A model generated the notes under the pieces. That model had not been told where the DNA came from and did no database searches. It saw only the letters and a list, made by a program, of their open reading frames with translations. This document shows, piece after piece, positions 26,865-32,000 of a stretch of DNA of 32,000 nucleotides. The stretch is taken from the NCBI RefSeq assembly GCF_007748075.1, contig NZ_CP036280.1:2580001-2612000 (forward strand), in the 5' to 3' direction. The first letter of the stretch is position 1, and each line of letters opens with the position of its first letter. A program made the position numbers and the translations under genes. Origin of the DNA: Mucisphaera calidilacus. Lineage in GTDB: Bacteria; Planctomycetota; Phycisphaerae; Phycisphaerales; Phycisphaeraceae.

Positions 26865-26894
26865 AAAAAGGCGACGCGCCTCAGGCCCGTCGCC
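26865..26894 (-). terminator. Rho-independent terminator of the MRJP-like gene
   Basis: On the - strand it reads GGCGACG-(11 nt loop)-CGTCGCC followed by TTTTT. It begins 30 nt after the stop at 26925. Confidence 0.7.
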
Positions 26895-26924
26895 TTGTTG
26901 CTATTGGGTTTGATCGTGTGGTGG

Positions 26925-28898
26925 TCAGTCGGTGGGGACCGATGCGGTGCCGGTCTGCTGGATGACGCCTGGGGTTTCTGCGAACTCGGCGGCGACGGCC
27001 TGCTGGGTGGCCTGCTCGGCGATCCGTCGTGCGACCTCAGCGGCGGCCTGAGCCGAGTAGAGGTCTTCGTTGACGGCGTCGGCGGTCTGATCGGCCTTCT
27101 TCGCGGCGGCCCAGGTCTGGAGGGCCTGGAGTCCGGTTGCGGCGAGGGCACGCTCGGCGAGCCCCAGCTGGCGTTCGGATTCCTGGAAGACGAGTTCGGC
27201 TTCCTTGAGGGCGACCTGTGCAGCACGGACCTCGGCCTCGGCGAGTTCGACGTCGACCTGTGCCGCGAGAGCGCGGTCGCGGAGGACCAGGGCCTCTTCG
27301 GCACGGGCACGGGCCAGACGCATGAGGCGTTCGGCGACGTCGGTGGCTTCGCGTGCCGATGTGGCGCGGAGCTCGGCCTCACGGACCTTGAAGCGGGCCT
27401 GTTCGGCGGCGCGACGCTCGTGTCGGGCGACGGTGGCGACGGACTGGGAGGCCTGGCTGCGGAGAGCGTGTGCCTCGTAGACGGCCTCGGCCTGGACCTC
27501 GACCTTGCGGGCGGCCTGCTCGGCGACCTGTCGCTGGGTGTCGGCGGCGCGTCGTGCCAGTTCGGCCTCGCGACGCTTGCGTTCGGCGGAGGCGCGGGCC
27601 TCGGCGGCGCGTTCGCGTGCTTCTTCGGCTCGGATGGCGGCCTTGACGGCCTGCTGCACCTTCTCGACCGAGACACGCATCAGGGCGTAAGGCTCGTGCC
27701 TTGTGGCCTGCGTGCTGTAGGGCGAGGAGAGGTGACGCATGGAGGTCGTGAAGTAGAGGTAGCCGTCGGCGGCGATGGTCAGGGAGTCGGGCCAGCGGAG
27801 TTCGGGGCCGGCGACGACGGTTTCGACCTGTCCGTGGGGCTCGCGGACGATGATGGCGTGGTTCTCGAGGCCGGCGGCGTAGAGGCGTTCATCGGTGTCG
27901 AACCAGAGTCCGTCGACGGCGGTGCCGAGGTTGCCGAGGGTCTCGACCTGGAGCTTGACTTCCTGGTCGCCGAGTTCGGTGTTGAGCAGCGCGGCGGTGG
28001 GCACGCGGTAGAGTTCGCGTGAGCCAAGGGGCTGGTAGTAGAGCCATTCGCGGTCGTTGGAGAGTTCGAGGCCCCAGACGCCCAGTCGGCCTGCGCCGGC
28101 GGCGCGGGTGGCGTCGGCGGTGAACTCGGTGCCGGGCACGGGGGCGGTCGACGGGTCGCCGACGAGTCGGCTGGCGGCCCAGCGGCGGCTGAGGTCATAG
28201 ACGACGATCGCGCCGGATCCGGCGTCGGCGAGGTAGGCGACGCGCTTCTCGATGTCGACGCGGAAGTCACTGAGGAAGCTGGTCGGGCCGAGTTGACGCT
28301 TGTGGTCGAGGTAGAAAACCTGGGCGATGCTGTTGTCGGTCAGGTCGATGCGGACGAGTTTGGGTCCGGCGGTAACGATGCCGTCACCGGCCTGCGGGTT
28401 GCCCGAGTCGAGGACCCAGAGGTAGTCGAGGTCGTCGATGGCGATCGCCTCGGCGGAGACGAGCGTGTGCAACGCGGAGGGTCCGGGCTGGCCGTCCCAG
28501 CAGTTCCAGCCCACGGTGGGGTAGGGACGCGTGGTGCCGTCGGGGAAGACCTCGGCGAGCCCGAGTTCGGGCTTTGCGCTCCAGTAGGGGAAGCTGACGA
28601 AGACGCGGCCGCTTTCGGAGACGGCCACGCCGGAGGGCTGGGCGTCCTTGAAGCTGGCGACCTTGACTACGAGCTTGTCGAAGTGCCGTGCGATCTCGCT
28701 CCTGGCGCTGGCCTCGGGCGAGGCGGTCGCGGGCACCGGCTTGGTGGCGCTCTGGCTGATGGTTTTGGAGCTGCCCAGCGACATCTCGTCGGTCTGCTGA
28801 GACTCGGTTGCGGAACATCCCCCCAGCACCAGTCCTGCGGCCAGAAGGCCTGCCGTCACCGTGCCACGCCAAACGCGATCAAACTTCCAACTCGTCAT
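26925..28898 (-). CDS. Lipoprotein with an MRJP/yellow-family beta-propeller domain and a long C-terminal coiled coil
   Basis: The lipobox is LVLGGC. The propeller motifs are RVFVSFPYW, DYLWVLDSGNP, GPKLVRIDL, VAYLADAGSGAIVVYDL, GVWGLELS..REWLYYQPLGSRELYRVPTAALLN and YLYFTTS, which parallel the major royal jelly/yellow family signature. The last 250 aa or so are Ala/Arg/Glu-rich heptad-like sequence. The start is set at ATG 28898 (MTSWKF); the track ORF starts at TTG 28946. Confidence 0.75.
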   Translation of the reverse strand: MTSWKFDRVWRGTVTAGLLAAGLVLGGCSATESQQTDEMSLGSSKTISQSATKPVPATASPEASARSEIARHFDKLVVKVASFKDAQPSGVAVSESGRVFVSFPYWSAKPELGLAEVFPDGTTRPYPTVGWNCWDGQPGPSALHTLVSAEAIAIDDLDYLWVLDSGNPQAGDGIVTAGPKLVRIDLTDNSIAQVFYLDHKRQLGPTSFLSDFRVDIEKRVAYLADAGSGAIVVYDLSRRWAASRLVGDPSTAPVPGTEFTADATRAAGAGRLGVWGLELSNDREWLYYQPLGSRELYRVPTAALLNTELGDQEVKLQVETLGNLGTAVDGLWFDTDERLYAAGLENHAIIVREPHGQVETVVAGPELRWPDSLTIAADGYLYFTTSMRHLSSPYSTQATRHEPYALMRVSVEKVQQAVKAAIRAEEARERAAEARASAERKRREAELARRAADTQRQVAEQAARKVEVQAEAVYEAHALRSQASQSVATVARHERRAAEQARFKVREAELRATSAREATDVAERLMRLARARAEEALVLRDRALAAQVDVELAEAEVRAAQVALKEAELVFQESERQLGLAERALAATGLQALQTWAAAKKADQTADAVNEDLYSAQAAAEVARRIAEQATQQAVAAEFAETPGVIQQTGTASVPTD

Positions 28899-29032
28899 GA
28901 TGGACTCACCTTCATCCCATAAGGCCGCCGAACAGAGGCGTGCCAAGGTGCGGACTCTGGCGGCATCGGGTGCCCGGGCGTCGGGATTAAGCCCGGGTGG
29001 GTGACTATCGGACAGGAATCGCCGATGTGCGT

Positions 29033-29048
29033 CAGACCGTGCGGTCTG
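29033..29048 (+). promoter_or_regulatory. Perfect palindrome CAGACCG-TG-CGGTCTG just upstream of the CBM9-like gene start
   Basis: I read it directly: 7+7 nt perfect inverted repeat ending 8 nt before ATG 29057. Its function is unknown. Confidence 0.35.
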
Positions 29049-29056
29049 CGAGACTG

Positions 29057-29752
29057 ATGACGATTATGCAGCCTTCGATTGGACCCCAAATGGAAGATCG
29101 CCCTACCTGCCTCGTGCGTCGCGTGAAAGTTGCCCCCGATCTGGAGGGGCACGATGATTTGTGGTCGCGTGCCGAGCCGGTGCGTCTTGGCCACTACCAC
29201 GCGAAGAGTTCGGACCACCGTCCGGTGGTGTCCGCGCGTACGCTCTACGACGACGAGCACCTGTACATCCGTTTCGACGTCGAGGACCGCTATGTGATCG
29301 CGGTGAACACCGCGTCGAATTCACCGGTTTATCGCGACAGCTGCGTGGAGTTTTTCTTCCAGGTGCGTGAGAACCATTACATCAACATCGAGATGAACGC
29401 GATCGGGGCGATGCTGGTCGGGCAGGGTCAGGAGGACTCGGGGCGCAAGCACGAGATCGATCCGGAGCTGATCGCCAGGATCCGGCGGTGGACGTCGCTG
29501 GAGGGCCCGATCGAGGAGGAGATCGAAGAGCCGGTGGTGTGGCATGGCGCGATCGCGCTGCCCTTTGCGTTGGTCGAGGAACTCGAGGGCCCGCTGGGCG
29601 AGCGTCGACCTGCCGAGGGTGTGTCGTGGCGGTGCAATTTCTACAAGTGCGCGGACCGGAGCTCGCACCCGCACTGGGGGATGTGGTCGCCGATCGGCGA
29701 GAAGCTCTCGTTCCACCAGCCGAAGTACTTCGGTCATCTGAAGTTTGTCTGA
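29057..29752 (+). CDS. Carbohydrate-binding family 9 (CBM9/DOMON-like) domain protein
   Basis: It has DDLWSRAEPVRL, ARTLYDDEHLYIRFDVEDRY, RDSCVEFFFQ, NIEMNAIG, WRCNFYKC and a C-terminal SFHQPKYFGHLKF. These match the CBM9-like family pattern. No signal peptide is evident. The start is ambiguous (28997, 29057, 29066 or 29090). Confidence 0.7.
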   Translation: MTIMQPSIGPQMEDRPTCLVRRVKVAPDLEGHDDLWSRAEPVRLGHYHAKSSDHRPVVSARTLYDDEHLYIRFDVEDRYVIAVNTASNSPVYRDSCVEFFFQVRENHYINIEMNAIGAMLVGQGQEDSGRKHEIDPELIARIRRWTSLEGPIEEEIEEPVVWHGAIALPFALVEELEGPLGERRPAEGVSWRCNFYKCADRSSHPHWGMWSPIGEKLSFHQPKYFGHLKFV

Positions 29753-30552
29753 TGGCCCGTTACCCGCACCGTCTGGCGCTCTACCGCGCGGCCGTCCAGC
29801 ACCCGCTGGCGGAGGTGGCGATGATCGAGCGTGCGTTCGTGCGCACGTCGGAGCGTTGCCCGCTGCTGCTGCGTGAGGACTTCGCGGGGACGGCGGCGGT
29901 GTCGGGCGCGTGGGTGGCGTCACACCCGGAGCGGCAGGCGATGGCCATCGAGCGGCACGGCCCGACGGCGCGATGGGCGCGGCGTGAGGCGGCGCGATCG
30001 CTCGGCGATCAGGCGGAGGACCTGCACGTGGTGACGGCGGACGTGCACGAGGTGGGGTCGCCTCGCGTCGACGCGATCGCGGTTCTGAATTTCAGCCTGT
30101 GCGAGTTGCACGAGCGAGTCGCCCTGCTCGCCTACCTGCGTCATGCGCGCAAGGGGCTGCTTGGGGGTGGGATGATCCTGTTGGATCTCTTCGGCGGGCC
30201 GGGCGCGATCCGGCCCTTCACGCAGTCGCGTCGGATCACCCCGCCGGATCTGCCCGCCTTTGATTATCACTGGGAGCAGCGTAGGTTCGACGCGGCGAGC
30301 AACCGGATCGACTGCCGTATCCACTTCGGTTTTGATGACGGGCACACAATGCGCTCGGCGTTCCGCTACGACTGGCGACTGTGGTCGCCTGCCGAGGTGC
30401 GCGAGGCCCTGGCGGAGGCGCGGTACGAGAACATCACGGTCTGGTGTGATCGGTACGACTCTGCGACACATCGGTCGGACGGTCGTTACCGGCCGGTTCG
30501 CTCGATCTCACCGCGTGAGGACTGGATCGCTTACGTCACCGCGACACGCTGA
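29752..30552 (+). CDS. Class I SAM-dependent methyltransferase (putative)
   Basis: It has the motif I-like LLREDFAGTAAVS and the motif-like VDAIAVLNFSLCEL. Its ATG overlaps the upstream stop by 1 nt (TGATG at 29750-54). The track ORF start at 29488 lies inside the preceding gene and is rejected. Confidence 0.55.
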   Translation: MARYPHRLALYRAAVQHPLAEVAMIERAFVRTSERCPLLLREDFAGTAAVSGAWVASHPERQAMAIERHGPTARWARREAARSLGDQAEDLHVVTADVHEVGSPRVDAIAVLNFSLCELHERVALLAYLRHARKGLLGGGMILLDLFGGPGAIRPFTQSRRITPPDLPAFDYHWEQRRFDAASNRIDCRIHFGFDDGHTMRSAFRYDWRLWSPAEVREALAEARYENITVWCDRYDSATHRSDGRYRPVRSISPREDWIAYVTATR

Positions 30553-31447
30553 TGTTGAGGGTCTTGCCGGCAGCGACGAAGTCGTCCGGTGGCGGGGCGC
30601 GGAGGACGTGGCCGTCGAACTCGAGGGTGTCGGCGTGGAGCATCGGGCGTGTGGTTTCGATGACCGAGCCGTAGGCCTCGTCGCCGACCACGGGGTGTCC
30701 CTGTGCGGCGGCCATCGCACGGATCTGGTGGAGGAAGCCGGTGCCGAGGTCGACGGAGATCAGGGTCGCGCCGTCGCCGGCGGAGAGCGCCTGCCAGCGG
30801 AGGTCGCAGCGGCGGCTCTCGGGATGAGGCTGATCTGAGATCGGCAGGGCCTCGACGCGTGCGGGTTTGTGGGCTGCGACGCGGAGGTCCATCTCCCAGG
30901 CACCGCTGCCGGCGCAGTGGCCTTCGACGAGGGCGTGGTAGCGTTTGCGGATGGTGCGTTGCTCGAAGGCCTCGCGCAGTCGCTCCCAGGCCGGTTGGGC
31001 GGTGGCGACGAGGATGACGCCTGAGGTGGTGACGTCGAGTCGGTGCACGACGCCTGAGCGGAGCCCGCCCTCGCCTATGCCCTGGACGTGGGGCCAGCGT
31101 GCCGCGACGGCGTTGAGCAGCGTGCCCGTTTCGCCGGTGCGCAGCGGGTGAACGGCCCGCCCGGCGGGTTTGTCGATGGCGACCCAGCCGTTGCCCTCAT
31201 CGATGATGCGCAAGACGAGGTCGTATTCGGGTTCGATGCGGAGGTCTTCGGCGACGACGGGGCCTTCGACCACGACTTCCGAGCCGGTCTCGACGATCGT
31301 TGCGACGCGGTCGGTGACGCGTCCGCCCACGCTGACCTTGCCGTCTTCGATGGCTCGTCTGGCTTCGCCTCGGGTCACGCCAAGGCGTTCAACCAGGAAC
31401 AGATCGAGCCGCATGGCGAAGGCATCGTTGACGTACCACGAACGCAT
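30536..31447 (-). CDS. RluA-family 23S rRNA/tRNA pseudouridine synthase with an N-terminal S4 domain (RluD-like)
   Basis: It has the S4 segment RLDLFLVERLGVTRGEARRAIEDGKVSVGG, the catalytic motif VHRLDVTTSGVILVA, then KRYHALVEG and HQIRAM. ATG 31414 is an alternative start. Confidence 0.9.
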   Translation of the reverse strand: MRSWYVNDAFAMRLDLFLVERLGVTRGEARRAIEDGKVSVGGRVTDRVATIVETGSEVVVEGPVVAEDLRIEPEYDLVLRIIDEGNGWVAIDKPAGRAVHPLRTGETGTLLNAVAARWPHVQGIGEGGLRSGVVHRLDVTTSGVILVATAQPAWERLREAFEQRTIRKRYHALVEGHCAGSGAWEMDLRVAAHKPARVEALPISDQPHPESRRCDLRWQALSAGDGATLISVDLGTGFLHQIRAMAAAQGHPVVGDEAYGSVIETTRPMLHADTLEFDGHVLRAPPPDDFVAAGKTLNISVSR

Positions 31448-31474
31448 GGCCTCAAGGGTAGCGACCTTGGCGTG

Positions 31475-31505
31475 AAAAAACCCACGAGCCGTTAGGCCCG
31501 TGGGT
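31475..31505 (-). terminator. Rho-independent terminator downstream of the NagB/LmbE-like gene
   Basis: On the - strand it reads ACCCACG-(12 nt loop)-CGTGGGT followed by TTTTTT. It lies 27 nt after the stop at 31532. Confidence 0.7.
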
Positions 31506-31531
31506 CGGTTGTGCTGGAGATGAGCCGGGGG

Positions 31532-32000
31532 TCAGGAGGATTGCACGCCGGCGAGGGTGACGGCTTCGCCGAAGCCAACGGTGCCGCCGTCGCCTTCGAG
31601 GTCGGGGACCCATCGGACGAAGGCCTCGATGGCTTCGTACTCGGCGAGTCCGAGCGCGTCGTAGAGCTTGGCGGTGCCGCGGTTGCGGTCTTCAGCGCGT
31701 TGCCAGAACTCGCGTGGGTCGCTGCCGGGGAACAGCGCCTTGTCTTTCTGGGACTCGTGCTTGAAGATCGCCTGGCGTTTGCGTTGGAGCTCCTGGGGCG
31801 AGATGGGGACGGCCATCTCGATGTGCTCGGGCTCCCATTCCTGCCAGGCGCCGCGGTAGAGCCAGACCTGGCAGTCCTTGAACCACGCCTCGTTCTTGAC
31901 GCGGTGGATGGCGGCGAAGATGGCCATGAGGCATACGCGGTGGGTGCCGTGTGGGTCGGAGAGGTCGCCGGCGGCGTAGATCTGGTGGGGCTGAATCTTC
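31532..32000 (-). CDS. C-terminal part of a LmbE/PIG-L-like deacetylase domain protein (long-form glucosamine-6-phosphate deaminase-like); the 5' end lies outside the window
   Basis: The frame stays open to the window edge: ...KIQPHQIYAAGDLSDPHGTHRVCLMAIFAAI... I recognise the DLSDPHGTHR and FKHESQKD segments from the C-terminal domain of long NagB-like proteins. This is from memory and not verified. Confidence 0.55.
   Translation of the reverse strand, partial: KIQPHQIYAAGDLSDPHGTHRVCLMAIFAAIHRVKNEAWFKDCQVWLYRGAWQEWEPEHIEMAVPISPQELQRKRQAIFKHESQKDKALFPGSDPREFWQRAEDRNRGTAKLYDALGLAEYEAIEAFVRWVPDLEGDGGTVGFGEAVTLAGVQSS

Noticed and set aside
26681-28022. Two long ORFs overlapping the MRJP-like gene: 26681-27676 (-, 331 aa, Pro/Ser/Arg-rich) and 26895-28022 (+, 375 aa, Gly/Leu/Asp-rich).
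   Set aside because: One is an alternative frame and the other an antisense frame of the Ala/Arg/Glu coiled-coil coding region. Both are low complexity, whereas the chosen frame continues an MRJP-type domain and starts with a lipoprotein signal.
1-32000. I looked for CRISPR-like spaced repeats, IS or transposase genes, integrases, toxin-antitoxin pairs and known defence-system genes.
   Set aside because: I found none. Every sizeable ORF with coding-like periodicity is either a recognisable housekeeping or envelope gene or an uncharacterised membrane or small protein. There are no regularly spaced direct repeats.

Overview
This is a very gene-dense, high-GC bacterial chromosomal segment, roughly two-thirds G+C by eye, made up mostly of housekeeping genes. 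The protein styles suggest a Planctomycetota/Phycisphaerae-like organism, but that is inference only. Those styles are CxxCGY..CxECG zinc-ribbon membrane proteins, a 1339-aa SecA, an orphan RsbV/RsbW pair, and Pro/Glu-rich LysM proteins.

Gene order, left to right:
- MCP 3' fragment.
- A translationally coupled block: SirC-like, HemX/CcsA-like, hemA, a 699-aa polytopic membrane protein, and nfo.
- upp, aroK (-), a DUF721 protein, a lipoprotein, a zinc-ribbon peptide, an FHA protein (-), hemW, and a zinc-ribbon membrane protein.
- secA (-), possibly with a coupled 46-codon membrane ORF.
- A small secreted protein (-), sucC with no sucD next to it, a membrane protein, a small acidic protein, and a GNAT.
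- A minus-strand run: cysS, CorC/TlyC, ybeY, RsbW-like, RsbV-like.
- A LysM protein, a GlpD-like FAD oxidoreductase, and an aldo/keto reductase.
- A 372-nt non-coding gap.
- An MRJP/yellow-family lipoprotein with a long coiled-coil tail (-), a CBM9-like protein, a SAM methyltransferase, an RluA-family pseudouridine synthase (-), and the 3' part of a long-form NagB/LmbE-like gene (-).

I found no rRNA, tRNA, CRISPR array, transposase, integrase or recognisable defence system.

The observations most worth a second look are:
1. A roughly 200-nt rod-like structure (closing stem, open bubble, terminal stem) in the only large intergenic gap. It is a candidate 6S-like RNA, with a MITE-like inverted repeat as the alternative.
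2. An extreme strand compositional asymmetry: the + strand is G/T-rich at synonymous sites whichever way genes point. Codon usage therefore flips with orientation and the track fills with long shadow ORFs.
3. A SecA enlarged by NBD insertions and a four-fold reiterated helical-wing-like motif, with no C-terminal zinc finger.
4. A small membrane ORF joined to the secA stop codon through an ATGA overlap.
5. A bacterial MRJP/yellow beta-propeller fused to about 250 aa of Ala/Arg/Glu coiled coil.

All functional calls rest on motifs I recognised by eye. No database search was possible.
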